From the NCBI RefSeq assembly GCF_018350175.1, contig NC_058375.1, positions 17,050,001 through 17,114,000 on the forward strand: DNA of 64,000 nucleotides. Direction: 5' to 3'. The position numbers and the translations under genes were made by a program. This DNA is from Felis catus (Eukaryota). A model generated the notes under the pieces. The model made no database searches. It worked only from the letters and a program-made list of their open reading frames with translations, and was not told the DNA's origin. Positions within the stretch are counted from its first letter, which is position 1. Each line of letters begins with the position of its first letter. Shown in pieces: positions 36,542 to 49,133 of this stretch.

Positions 36542-36870
36542 GATAGGGGGTCGACAAACTCTGTCTTTAGAGTTTGACAGTATCCATCATCATAAGCTAG
36601 GAGTAGAATTGCTAAATCAATATGTGGTACATCTGAAACTAATATAACATTGCATGTTAATTATACTTCAATCTTGAAACGTTTGATAGTATACATAGAA
36701 GTATACAACTTAGTTTAATAGTAAATAGTTCAGGCTTCAGAAGACCCAAGTTGGAGGTCTGTCCTTGTAGCATGAAACAACTGTACACAATGTATGAGCT
36801 GTGTTCCATCCAACTTTATTTACAAAAACAGGCAGTGGGCCCGTGGACCACCATTTGCCAACCCCTGATC
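36542..36870. mobile_element. MER58-like hAT-Charlie DNA transposon, split by a short L1 3'-end insert (about 36600-36690)
   Basis: Ends agggggtcgacaaact... and ...tttatttacaaaaacaggcagtggg...tttgccaacccctg. Confidence 0.6.
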
Positions 36871-38057
36871 AAAGGGAAAATGGGAAGACTATTTTTAAGC
36901 AGCCTTCTCCCAACCATTTCTAGTCACCTGCTTTAAGCCCTTAGACTATCCATGTCACACCACTTCCTCTTGAGCGCTTCTATTTCATTGCTGGGCCTAA
37001 ATTATTTTTCCCAGCATCACAAATTCACGTCTTAGATATGCAAACTTCAAAAGTTAGTAGCCCAAGGAGCACAGAGAGAGATTATCTAGGTGGGAAAGGA
37101 GTCAAAGACCGTCTGTTCCCACCTCCTAGTCAATGCAGAAGGTACCTCACAAGTAGCCATTTAGCTCCTGTTCAAATACTTCTAAAGACGGGAAAGACAC
37201 TCATTTCTTCCCAAGGCAACTCACTCCACCTCTGGACAGCTCCAAGACTTTTTCTTTTTTTTTTTTTAAAGCACACTTAACCACTTGATTACTGTCTCTT
37301 TTTAGTAGAATTTAAGATCCATGAGGTCAGAAACATGGTTTTTCATATCTGTAGCTGTTTTTTACTGCTGTCTCTTCAGCACTTTGAACAGTTTCTGGTA
37401 CATAAAGGGTATAAAATAATTATTTACAGAAAGCAAAGAAAGAAGGAGGGAGGAAGGGAAGAGAGGAGAGGAGGGGAGGGAGACAGAGGGAACAAAACAT
37501 CACTGCATTTGGGGAACTTTAATGCAGCAGGACTGAGTGAAGAGGCACAAGGGGAGGAACAGAGCAGGTAAGGCCAGAGTACAGACAGGGCGCAACATAG
37601 ACACCCTTGAAATCTCACAGCAAGTGCACAGGCTGAGGTGGTGGTGTTTCAGGAACAAGTTTAGGATTGCGCTTTCACCCCTATCCTCTTCCTTCCAGCC
37701 TCCTCCACCCCATTCCCATGGTGAACATCTTTCACAGCAGGACCTGTTCTCTCAAGCTTTTTCAGACAGCCCCCCCTACAACAATATGCACCCCCGTAAG
37801 CTTTGTACACTGTACCCATGATACTTACTTGGTCATATAGCTGTATTCCTCTACTGGGCTCTAAGTTCGGAGAGCAGGGACTGTGTCATCTTTATTTTCC
37901 TGACGTGGGCACTGAATACTGTGATGGAGCAAGGCAGGAACCTTATAAATGTGTGGTAGATTAAATGAAGGTTAAGTCTGACTGTATCCTGTACTGACCA
38001 AACTACACCTAAGGAATTTTCAGATCTGGGTACCACATTCAAGAAAGCACTTAGCCT

Positions 38058-38344
38058 TCTCTCTCAAAAATGAATAAACAGTAAAAAAAATTTTTTTTTT
38101 AAAAAGGCAGCCGGCGGTGGGGGAGGGGAGCGCCTGGGTGGCTCAGTCGGTTAACCATCTGACTTTGGCTCAGGTCACGATCTCACGGTTCGTGGGTTCG
38201 AGCCCCGCGCTGGGCTCTGTGCTGACAGTTCAGAGCCTGGAGCCTGCTTCAGATTCTGTGTCTCCCTCTCGCTCTACTCCTCCCCCACTCATGCTTTGTC
38301 TCTCTCTCAAAAATGAATAAACATTAAAAAAAAATTTTTTTTTA
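38058..38344 (+). mobile_element. Composite Can-SINE insertion (extra tail copy, GC linker, full SINE)
   Basis: All enclosed by a 17-bp TSD aagaaag(c/t)acttagcct at 38041-38057 and 38345-38361. Confidence 0.85.
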
Positions 38345-38517
38345 AAGAAAGTACTTAGCCTTTATGCCAAAGGTTGCAAGTGCAAATGCCAAAGAGATCA
38401 GGCCAATAATGTTAATGATGACAGGGGCCTGGTCACACAATAGCTAATGGGAGATCATGTTCTACTTTTATATGAATCTCTTATATGTAGCCAACTCATT
38501 CAAAAAGGAAATAAAAC

Positions 38518-38737
38518 GGACGCCTGGGTGGCTCAGTTGGTTGAGCATCCGACTCTTGATTCCAGCTCAGGTCATGATCCCAGGGTGGTGGGATTGAGCC
38601 CTGCTTCCAGCTCCATGCTGACAGTGTGGAGCCTGCTTAAAATTCTCTCTCTCTCCCTCTCTCTCTCTCCCTCTGCCCCCTTCCCCTGCTCATCCTCTCT
38701 CTCTAAAAACAAATTAAATAATTAAATAATTAAATAA

Positions 38738-38777
<40 letters not shown>

Positions 38778-38780
38778 ATA
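38518..38780 (+). mobile_element. Can-SINE with an expanded (AATTAAAT)n/(TAAA)n tail
   Basis: Head plus tail microsatellite. Confidence 0.9.
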
Positions 38781-39189
38781 GAACACCCTGTACAGACCCT
38801 CCAAAACATACTACATGCCTACAAGTGGACATGGGAAGCAAATTTGCAAGCTGCTTTGAACAAAGGGATTTAAGCAAGAGAGCAACACAATCAGAACTGC
38901 ATTTGTGAAAGAACATTCTGACATGACAAACTAGGGAGCTATATTACAATAGTCAAGGCAAGAGATAGAATAGGGGCCTGAACTAAGACAGTATCAATGG
39001 GGTAAAGGGGTGGGGGAGGATTTGAAAGATGACCTGGTTAATCCAGTTTTAATAATGAAGCTTAAGACTGCATGAGCTAATCTGGCAGTCACACTACCAG
39101 TGTGTAGTTTCCGTGATTTTTTTTTTAAATAAACTGCTATTAAATCTAATTTTAATAACTTAAGTATAGAACTTATTTCTTACATCTTT

Positions 39190-39410
39190 TGTAGGCAGTA
39201 TGGTACAAAGATTAAAGATTACAGACACTGGAGCCAAACAAGTTCAAACCTTGATTTTGCCACTTACTAGCTACGTGTCCTTGGATAAGTTACCTGACTT
39301 CTCTACGCTTCAATACCGACCTTAAAGGGTTACTGTAAGTGTAAATGAGTTAATACGTGAAGTGCTTAGATAAGTACCCAGTTCATCTTAAGTGTTAAGT
39401 TTTAGCTCAA
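39190..39410 (+). mobile_element. MIR
   Basis: gccacttactagctacgtgtccttggataagttacc core. Confidence 0.75.
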
Positions 39411-40122
39411 ATTATTTACTATTTTTCACACTTTAACTTGAAAGTTAGTTTCAATCAATAGTTTCAATTGTCTAAATATTTCTACACATTCCAGCTTAGA
39501 AACATTCACTGTAAATATGATAGGCACATCTTTTCTGTATCTTCATCCAAATTTATGTTCAAGCAGTTAAACAAAATATAACCAAGAACAGCTATCCAGA
39601 ATGCCACAAAAAACAGCCCCTCTTGATAAACATTGATCCATTATTGATACTTCTACAATACGTGCATGCAAGCCAGCCCAAAATTTTGTCTTGGGATCGC
39701 ATGAGAAAATGTTAAATACCTAATTTTAGCAATTAGGATGTGTTATTTTTGTAGCATATTCCTGACCATCCAGCCTAGAATCTTTTCAAAACTGGATTGT
39801 CCTGATATACATCAAAATGTTATGTAGTAATTATATAGGGGTAGTTTGAGTTTTTTCCCATTAATCTCTACTTTCTATATTTCTAAAATAAACTTGTCCT
39901 GCTTTTATAGTTTAAATAAAATCAAGGCAGAGCTTAAAGAAAACAAAGAATTGTTATCAGTTAACATAACTTACTTAGTGAACACAAGTGGCTTCTAGGA
40001 CACACTGTGTTCTCATCCTTTGCTCAGTCAGTTTTAGAATTTAACCAGGGATCACTGTCAAGTTTCCAATGATACCCTCAAACCCATGTGACCTAGACGT
40101 TAAGTCCAGATAAACAACTCTA

Positions 40123-40320
40123 GGGGCACCTGAGTGGCTCAGTCGGTTAAGCATCCGACTCTTGATTTTGGCTCAGGTCATGATCTCACAATATGTGAGT
40201 TCAAGCCCTGCATCAGGCTCAGCTATCAGCACAGAAACCACTTCAGATCCTCTCTCCCCATTTCTCTCTGCCCCTTCCCACACTTGCACACTCTCTGAAA
40301 AATAAACAAAAACAAAAACA
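40123..40320 (+). mobile_element. Can-SINE
   Basis: TSD aaaca(a/t)ctcta. Confidence 0.9.
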
Positions 40321-40329
40321 TCTCTACAG

Positions 40330-40738
40330 GGAGAATTAGTTGACCATACCTTCAAAATATGTCCAAAATCCATTACTTCCTGGCTATGCACCCTACGACC
40401 CTAGCCCAAGCCATCATCCCTCCCCTAGACTATACTGATCACTGCAAAAGTGGTCTCTACGCTTTACACTGCCTACCTTTCCCCACCTTCCCCCACCCCC
40501 CAGTCTATTCTCCCACAGCAACCAGTCTAAGCCTCTCAAAAAATAAGTCAATTTGGGGCACCTGGGTGGCTCCATCAGTTGAGCATTTGACTTTGGCTCA
40601 GGTGATAATCTCACGGTTTGTGAGTTCAAGCCCTGCATTGGGCTCTCTGCAGTCAGCGTGGAGCTTGCTTGGGATTCTCTGTCCCCTTCTCTCTCTGCCC
40701 CTCTCCTGCTCATGCACTCTCTATCGCTCTCAAAAATT

Positions 40739-40770
<32 letters not shown>

Positions 40771-41340
40771 CCTAAGTCAATTCTTGTCACTCCTCTACTC
40801 TGACTCTCCAGTGGCTCCCCCATCTCATTTAGAATAAAATGCACTCCAAAGGTCTTACACTAGCTCTGAGCACCTACCTACTCTGGGTCCCGCTGCTTCT
40901 CTGCCCTGACTCCTACTACTCTTTCCCTACCACTCCACTGCAGCCACACTGGCCTCCTTGTGAAGGACATGACAAGTCACATCATACATCGGGGCTTTTA
41001 CACTTGTTGCTCCCTCTGCCTGGGATGTTTTTCTCCCAGATATCGCTGGCTGGATTCCTCGCCTCTTTCAGAACGGCTTAAACTGTCACCTCATCAGAGG
41101 CTTTCCCTGATCTTACATAAAGGAGCAATGACCCCAGGCTCCCTACCACTTGACTACCTTACCCTGCTTTTATTCTTCTGGGCACATATTGCCTAGTGGA
41201 CATTATTTATCTACTTACTAGTTTATTTGTATCCAGTTACTGTCTTTTTTTTTTTTAATGTTTCTATCCTTCAGGATACAATCCTTGAGAACAAGGACTT
41301 TTTCTGTTTAGTGCTATATTAGCATTTTGTTTAGAGCTGG
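40330..41340 (+). mobile_element. L2 3' remnant (interrupted by a SINE)
   Basis: ccttcaaaatatgtcc...ctccagtggctcccc...agaataaaatgc L2 motifs. Confidence 0.7.
40555..40770 (+). mobile_element. Can-SINE
   Basis: TSD taagtcaatt. Confidence 0.9.
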
Positions 41341-41519
41341 CTAGCTCTAAGAATTGTACTAAGCATGTAGTTAAGTGGTCAATTTTTACCATCAGAACAT
41401 AAGCCCCAGTATATATAATAAAATACTCTATGTACAATAGGTACGTGTAATGAGTTTTGTTGAAAAAAATGATTACCCGCCCTGTCAAATTCATGAAGTC
41501 TATTAGAAAACATTGCTGC

Positions 41520-41737
41520 TTCTTAACTACAGAGAACAAACTTAGGCTAGCTGGAGGGGAGGTGGGCAGGGAGATGGGTTAAATGAGTGATAAGTACTAA
41601 GGAGGGCACTGTTGTAATAAGAACTGGGTGTTATATGTAAGTGATCAATTACTAAATTCTACTCCTAAAACTAATATTACACTATATGTTAACTAACTAG
41701 AATTTAATAAAAACTTGAGACATACAAAAAAAAAAAT
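41520..41737 (+). mobile_element. Carnivore L1 3' end
   Basis: gagaacaaact...atatgttaactaactagaatttaataaaaactt plus polyA. Confidence 0.85.
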
Positions 41738-42620
41738 TGGTGCTTCAATAAAGAGACTATAACACCATCAGAAAGATCAATGAACAAATGATTGTTCACA
41801 CTACCCACCCAGAAATGAGTGTCATAACCCAGTTCCCTGAGGTAGGAAAAATGCCCCAGGGAAAGGAATAGAACAAGAATCCTGAACCAGTTAACAGGGC
41901 AAGAGTTTGCCTCAAAGTTTCCCACCCCTTTAAGAAGAGCCTGAGCTATATCTAATGTGCCCCTTTCCCAGGAGGGGTCACCCTGACAGTGAGAGGCCTT
42001 GCTGAGATCCCTTTCCTATGTCCCACCACAACCATCCCTAGAACCCAGTTCCCAGACTCATTTTGCAGCTGCCCCATTGCTTTGCCTGTCCAGAGAACTT
42101 TTCTCTAGCTATTAACCAGCTACCACTGGTGACCAAAACCACTAGGTAAGGGCCTCTGGCTATGCACTGTGCGAGCTGTTTCTATTTCATTAGTGCTCTC
42201 CACCTTGGTCAACAACAACCAATAAAATAACTGGCACACAGAATCCAGAAAGGCTAGGAAAAGGAGCTAGTTGTCAATCAAAAGGATCTTTCATTTGTTT
42301 ATTTTGCTTTGCTTTTTAAAGATTAAGTCACTGTCTCAACCAAAAAAAAAGTAACTTTCTCAAAAGAGAAACATTACAGTACAACGAAAATAACCCAGGG
42401 CTGAAATCCAGTCCTCCCATTTACTCCCTGTGTGAACTTGGAAGTTCTTTAACTTCTCCAGGTTCATTTCCTCATGGCAAAAATAACAGCACTCACCTCA
42501 TAAGGCTGGTGCAAATGCTAAGGGAGATAACATATGTCAAACAGGACCATGCCTGGCATAAAGTATTCAATAAGTGGTAGTGAGGCCTATTTCTGAAAGT
42601 TGTTGACCAAATGCAAGGTT

Positions 42621-42650
42621 AGGCTGGCTGGCTGGCTGGCTGGCTGGCTG
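42621..42650. repeat. (GGCT)n tetranucleotide repeat
   Basis: About 7 units. Confidence 0.9.
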
Positions 42651-42819
42651 ATTACATCAGAAAACACATTAAGTACTTAGCACTGTGTTTGGTTCATAAT
42701 AGGTCATCAACAAATATTAACTTTTCTCCCTTTCCTGCAACGCTGCACAAATTGTAGAGACTTCAGAAACCATCCAATTCTATCAGTGTAGCCAGGTTTT
42801 GCTGTACAACCATACTTAC

Positions 42820-42926
42820 CATTTAGGTAATTTAAGCTTTCCGTTAATGCTTCTGGGGGCTCTCCTGATACTTTGCTGTCTTAGAAACAGGCACTCACTA
42901 TCTTTCAATGGCAGTTGCCTCTTGAC
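42820..42926 (-). other. LUZP1: LUZP1 upstream non-coding exon (107 nt)
   Basis: Strong acceptor ctttctgtttatattctgtccag|GTC at 42927/42926 and consensus donor ATG|gtaagt at 42820/42819, in non-repetitive sequence. Assignment to LUZP1 is inferred from strand and position. Confidence 0.72.
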
Positions 42927-43336
42927 CTGGACAGAATATAAACAGAAAGTAAGAGATAGGTAAAATGTGAATTGCACCAAGACCGAACTGAGGGGAGAGA
43001 AGACTTTCCTTTTCCTATCAGATGATATGGTCTCAAGGGAGACTACACAGTCTTTCTTAAATTAACACACCTATACATTTCCCAATAGTCTAAAAACTCA
43101 TGACATCTTACAGCTTGAGAGGGATCTTTGAAATCAACCAGTTAGATGCCCTTGATTTATGGAAAGAAACAAACTTGGAAAGGGTGAGTCACTCAACTGT
43201 TTAGGGTAAAAGCCAGGAATCTACTAAAAATAAGATGTTCTAGAAAATGGGTAAGAAAAAAACCCCAAACATCTGTGGAGTACCTACCACACCCGAGGCA
43301 ATATGTTTTATGTTGTACACAAGACAGTATTATACA

Positions 43337-43555
43337 GGGGCACTTTGGCAGCTCAACCAGTCAAGTGTCTGACTCTGGCTCAGGTCGTGATCTCGCGATT
43401 CATGGGTTCGAGTCCCACACTGGGCTCTGTGCTGACAGCTCAGAGCCTAGAGCCTGCTTCGGACTCTGCATCTCCCTCTCTCTCTGCCCCTCCCCCTCTC
43501 GTGCTTGCTCTCTCTCTCTCTCTCTCAAAAAATAAACATTAAAAAAAATTTTTTG
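43337..43555 (+). mobile_element. Can-SINE
   Basis: Full element. Confidence 0.9.
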
Positions 43556-45339
43556 AGACAATAATACAATATTGCCCCCTAATAAAGAATCTAAATTTCA
43601 AGAAGTCAAGTGACTGGTCCAAGGTCTTACAGCTTGCAAATAAATGGTAATCAGGCCTTAAACCCACACCTGTCTAACACAAAAGCCCCTTCACCAGGCT
43701 GACTGTCACTGGGTTGCCTTCTAGATGTGGTTCTCCAAAGGGCCCCGAACCACCTAATACCAATTAGAACCAAGCATTGCATCTCTGTCTGCAAACTTAC
43801 CCTCTGGTTTTGTAATGAGCATTCTACAGGAGACCCAAAAAAGTCTACTAACCCACCGAACATTACCCCTAAAATTTCAAAAGAATTACTGGAGGTGGAA
43901 GATCTGGGGCAAACTTCTGTCCATCCAAGTCTTGCCAAAGAATGGAAAGATACCTTCTAAGCTGGAAGTAAAGCATCTATACCTGGTCTTATACGCAAAC
44001 TATCCCCCTTCTTTCTCACAACTGCCCATACCTCCCTTATGCATCACACAGGCCACCATGTGACCTTCTTCCAAACTGTTGGTCCCTTTAATCTCATTTC
44101 CACACCTCCACTACCAAACCCATTACACATATATAGTAGAGTCCATCCCCGCCTCTATGCTCCTACAGAGCAAAGCAAGAAGGTTTAGAATTAAAATGGA
44201 GAGATAATCAAATGATAGGTTTTTTTAAATGGCTTTAAAAGAAAGATGAGGGGCTTGAACACTCAAGCCAGTAGACCAGAAAAGAATTAGGGACAAGCAA
44301 CGAAACTAGAAAAAAAAAGAAAGTAGGAGAAAAGATCTATACCAGGGTCAGCACCCAAGGAATGGCTTGAGTGGATGTGGGAGAAGTTTTAGCTCTCCCC
44401 AAATACCCTCCCCTCACACACACTTTTTAAAAAGTATTTAATGTACTTAAACAGCCATTTTAATTATTGAAACAGCTTCAGAACTGGTGCACAGACCTTG
44501 AGCCCTGCCCCTTACCCAACAGCTGTCTCTTTTCCCCTCTCCACCCACCTTAGACACACTTTCCTCTCCACAGCCTAGAACCTCTCCTACATAAGAATTC
44601 TGAACTCCAAAAAATGCCCACATACATCTGGTCTGTCTCCACTCAGCCGTAACAATGACAGCAGCAGCCCTGCGAAAGCTACTGCCTCCCCCATCTCTTG
44701 CCACATTTCCTGGCATATTACTAAGGCCCAGGGGGCTATTCTCTTCAAAACAGGATAGAATGCTCTGCCCAAAATCAGATGAACAGGAACTCCTGATGAT
44801 CCTGATTTGTTTTCAACTGTCTACATTCTGTCCTTATTTCTAAGGGATGGAAGTAAGCAGCAAATGACTTCTTTCTTTCCTTTACTTCTTGCATCCTTGG
44901 CATACTGACCCTGTGTCCCCAGAACAAGAGGATGACTGTAAACACCCTCAGGCTCTTTAGTGCTGCCCCTTCAGAGAGCTTTCCACCCCGGGAGATCCAC
45001 CCACACCCCTTCCTTCTGGCACCTCTTCTGCTCCTTCTTGTTAACTTCTAGTGAAGACAGTGGTGGTAGTATGGGTATGGGTGGGTGTGTCTGTCTCTGT
45101 CTAGAAGCAGAGATGAAAGGACCCTAACAGATCATGCAGAGTCTAACTGCCTCATCTACCAGAGGAGAAAATGAGTCTCATGGAGAAAAGACTGATCCCA
45201 GGTTGCAAAGCATGTTAAAGTGCGCATGGTTGAATCCACCTGAGGTAATGAGCCATACTGAAAATGAGTCCATCCTTATTTGATGGCTGAAGAATGAAGC
45301 TCTCTTAAATATGTATCACTTTTGTTCCCAAAATACTTT

Positions 45340-46210
45340 CATAATGGATAGAAATGCAAGTAGGAAACTGTGGTCCCAGCATGATCCCCCAACAGATAAC
45401 ATAAACTCTGGATAAAATGCCAAAAAAAACTGTCTGAAGTGAACAAAGGCTGGCAGATTTTGGAGGGAAGTCAAAAACTGGTAGAAGGGGCGGGGATGGG
45501 ATGAATTCTCCACTTTTGGAGCTTTCCCCAGAGAGCTATCCAGCTACACTGCCAGTCAAAAAACAAACCCTAGACTTTCTCTCTGGAGGAACCATAAGAC
45601 AGTGCCCAGAGCAGCCACAGATAATGGGAAGAAAGAAGAGAGCCAGAGAAGCAAAGTCCCAGGTGTTGAGTATGAACTCTGTCCAAATCTCTAGCTGACC
45701 CCTGCACTATGCATGCACAGGGTGGGACCCAAGCACCTCAGTCAAGGGCAAAAGAACGACTGAGATCTGAACAGCCACCCCTGCAGGGGAGACAAACCTG
45801 GCAGTTTTGAGTCTGAGTTAATTGCCTGCTAAAATAAAAACGTCAACAGAAATCAGTGTCTCCACAGCATAACATTTACATGCATTCATGTTCAGGAGAC
45901 AACCCCAAATTACATAAAGAACTAGAAAAACTACAGCCATTTGCAAGGGAAAAGACAATTAGCAGAGGGCAACTCCAAGATGACCCAAATACTGGAATTA
46001 TTTGACAAGGATATTAAAACAGAAATTATAGCTAAGCAGAGAAACAATTTTTTTTCTGAAAGTGGAAGTTTCAGAACAGAAATTATAGCACCTGAAACAA
46101 CAACAAAAATCCTCTGAATGAGCTTAAGAACAGAATGGAGAGGACAGAGAAAAGAGTTCATGAAATCTACAGATAAACAGAAATTATCCAAAGTGAAAAA
46201 CTCTGGGTCA
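45340..46210 (+). mobile_element. Ancient L1 5'-end/ORF1 remnant
   Basis: A-rich ORF1-like segment (gatgacccaaatactggaatta...agaatggagaggacagagaaaagag). Confidence 0.55.
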
Positions 46211-48600
46211 TCTGCAGTCTCTAGAAGAACCATCCTCAGCTCTTCACCTGAGTATACAGTGATTACTTTCTGTTACCAGAAAAACTGATACCAGAGAGAC
46301 CCAGAATAACTAAGGATCACAGAGATACCGTTAACCTGCAATTCTGTTGGAGCAGGCTACCCCTCATATCTACTAATTAACTTTTTGAGGTCTTCCAGAT
46401 ATAAGCAAAGAACAAAGTGTGAAGGTGGAAAATGAGAGGGCAGGATAAAAATTTAAACCTGAGATAACCATAATATCCGAAGTCCTAGATGTCAAATCTG
46501 GTGCCCCATTGTGTCTACTGAGAGGCAAGGAGACCATCATTTTTTCACCTGGAATTGCTGAAGCAACATTCTCAGGCAGGAGAAAAATGAGGAGGGATTT
46601 AATGTTTTTCTTCTGCCCTGTGCAATCTCTTCACCAAAAAGCCAACCTGTAAATGGGCCAATGGAAGGATGAAGTGTGACCAATCAGTGGGTTTGAGGCT
46701 GAAGAGTGCCAGCAGCTTGGTGAGAGCCAACCTGGTGCCACCCGGTTGATAAAAGCAGCTAACCTGAATGCCATACCTGACCAGCTTCCTGCACTCAGGT
46801 CATTTCATGTTGGAGTTCAAGACATTCCAGGTAAAAGCAGAGGGAAAAACATAACCTGCAGAAGAGATGTCTGAAAGCCTTGCCTTCTTCTCATCCCCCT
46901 CCCACCCATCCCACCTGCCCACGAGGGAGAAGGGTACAGAGCAAGTGAGAAACTGGTAAAAAGAAGAGGTGCCTCTTAGGGTGAAGAGCCTTGGACAGGA
47001 AGTTCAACCACTGACACCTCAGACATGACTTTTATACTCCCTGGGCCTCAGCTTCATCAGTCGAACAAAAAACTCAGACGGCATGATATTTAAGGCCCTT
47101 TCCAATAACAACATGTATGAACCCTTACCCATGCTGTTTCCGTCTGCCCCTGAAAAAACCGTAATAGATCCCAAAAGGCAAAAGTGGAGACATGCCAACT
47201 CATTTGATTTATTAGAATATCTCAATTATTCAATTTGTTAAAGAATAAATTAAGAATCTTGTTATTAATTCTTAAATTATGTTAATAACAGATTTCAATA
47301 CCCATCTATGATGGAGGGCTGCTAAAATAAGGTCTAATTCTCCCAGGATATAACTTTTTTATCCCTGTAACTCTTGGGATAAGAAGGCAGATACTCTTAT
47401 CCCCCCTACAACAGATGAGCAAACAGATTAAGACCTGTGACTCTTTTAGGAAGCTAATAACAGAGACAGGACTAGAATCCAGTAATCCCATCTCTGAGCT
47501 CCAGGGCTTTTTCCACCTTACCAAAGAAACCTTACTTAACAAAGAACCAAGAGTATAAACAAGATTAGAATTAGAAAGAAAGGATTTAAGAACTTTCAAA
47601 CACTATGGAAGCATTTATTAATAAACAATTGATAAGACTAGTTTGCGATTAGGACATCTATTTAAAAGCAGACCCTCAAGGACTGCCACCTGTCCGCTGT
47701 TTCCTTTTCTAACAAGTAGGCTATAATTGAGACTAGGCTTCCTTGCAATTAGCCCGTGTTTGTGGGGTTTAGCAATAGAACCACATGTCTAAAATTGCTG
47801 GTTTTAGACCTGCTTTAGAAAGTTGGCTAAATCAGAAGAACATGCTGGCTCCCTTTAACCTCTGGAAGTCTATAATTAGGATACCAAGGGGCCCAAAGGA
47901 TTAGACCAGGTAATGGCAAATGTAAACAGCAAAGTCACAACAACCAGTCTAAGGAGAAAGAAACTGAAAGTGCTTTTATTACCTAATTCAATCTTCATAG
48001 TAACCCTATTGGGTAAATACCATCATGATTACTTTATAAATGAGGAAGAAATAAAGGGTCAAAGTCACACAGCTGATAAGTGGATTCTCACGTAGGTATT
48101 TTGGATCCAAAATGTGCTTTCTCCTCTCCATTATACCACCCTGGAAGGAATTCTCTCAGATCTTACTCTCAAGAGAATCAGTCCTGACCCACATCCCAAA
48201 TAACACAGACCGACAAGCGGTTGATAGGTAGTTTGTGCATTCTTTCATTCATTCACGTATTCATGCAAATATTGACTGGCTACAGTGCATCAAGCTCTGA
48301 GGAAAATAGGGAGCAGAAACAGAACTGTCTTCATGCCATTTATTGTATAGCGCAACAGGAAAACACTAATTGAAGAATCATACTATTAAATTAATAGAAG
48401 CTGACCCATTAATAGGGAGGTCTAGGAAGGCTGCCCCTAGTGGTGAGGACATTTCCAAGCAGAAGAGGGAGCATGTTGAATATAAGGAGCTCAAGTAGAT
48501 CTGGCTGACCAACAAGGGAGAAGAAGTGTGACAAGAAATGAGACTGGAGAGGTATGGAGCAAGCCACACCATACAGGCCCTTGGAGGTCCCATACCATAA

Positions 48601-48657
48601 GATTATGACCTGAGCTGAAATCGGCCGCTCAACTGACTAGACCACCCAGATGCCCCA
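48601..48657 (-). mobile_element. Can-SINE head-only fragment
   Basis: Reverse of ggggcatctgggtggtctagtcagttgagcggccgatttcagctcaggtcataatc; no body or tail. Confidence 0.7.
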
Positions 48658-48938
48658 TCATTTAACTCTTAAGTAGGGATAAGGTATGCACATTTCCAGA
48701 TCACTTTGGCTTCAGTATGGACAACAGATGGAAGCAAGGACAAATGGTGCCAAAAGATGGGTAAGAAGGCCAGTTCCTTGTTTCAGGAGATGGTGGCCAT
48801 AGAGCTAACACTGCCAGCTGCATACAGGGCACTTACTGTGCCCCAGGCACCATTCTAGGCACTTTATAGGAATTAACTAAATCCTTAGAACAACTCTGTG
48901 AAACAGATACTATTATCCCCATCTTCTAAAAGAGGAGA

Positions 48939-49133
48939 GGAGCGCCTGGGTGGCTCAAATGGTTAAGTGTCAGACTCTTGGTTTCAGCTCAGGTCATGAT
49001 CTCACAGCCTCATGGGTTTGAGACCCACATCAGGCTCTGCGCTGACAATGCAGAGTCTGCGTGGGAGTCTCTCTGTACCTCCCCTGCTCATGATCTCTCT
49101 CAGAATATACAAACATTTAAAAAAAAAAAAAAG
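48939..49133 (+). mobile_element. Can-SINE (inside a MIR)
   Basis: Full element; MIR flanks. Confidence 0.88.

Noticed and set aside
46240-47000. Unassigned segment after the L1 ORF1 remnant, possibly an old LTR or internal fragment
   Set aside because: I could not match it to a repeat family or find coding or splice signals; it needs a Dfam search.
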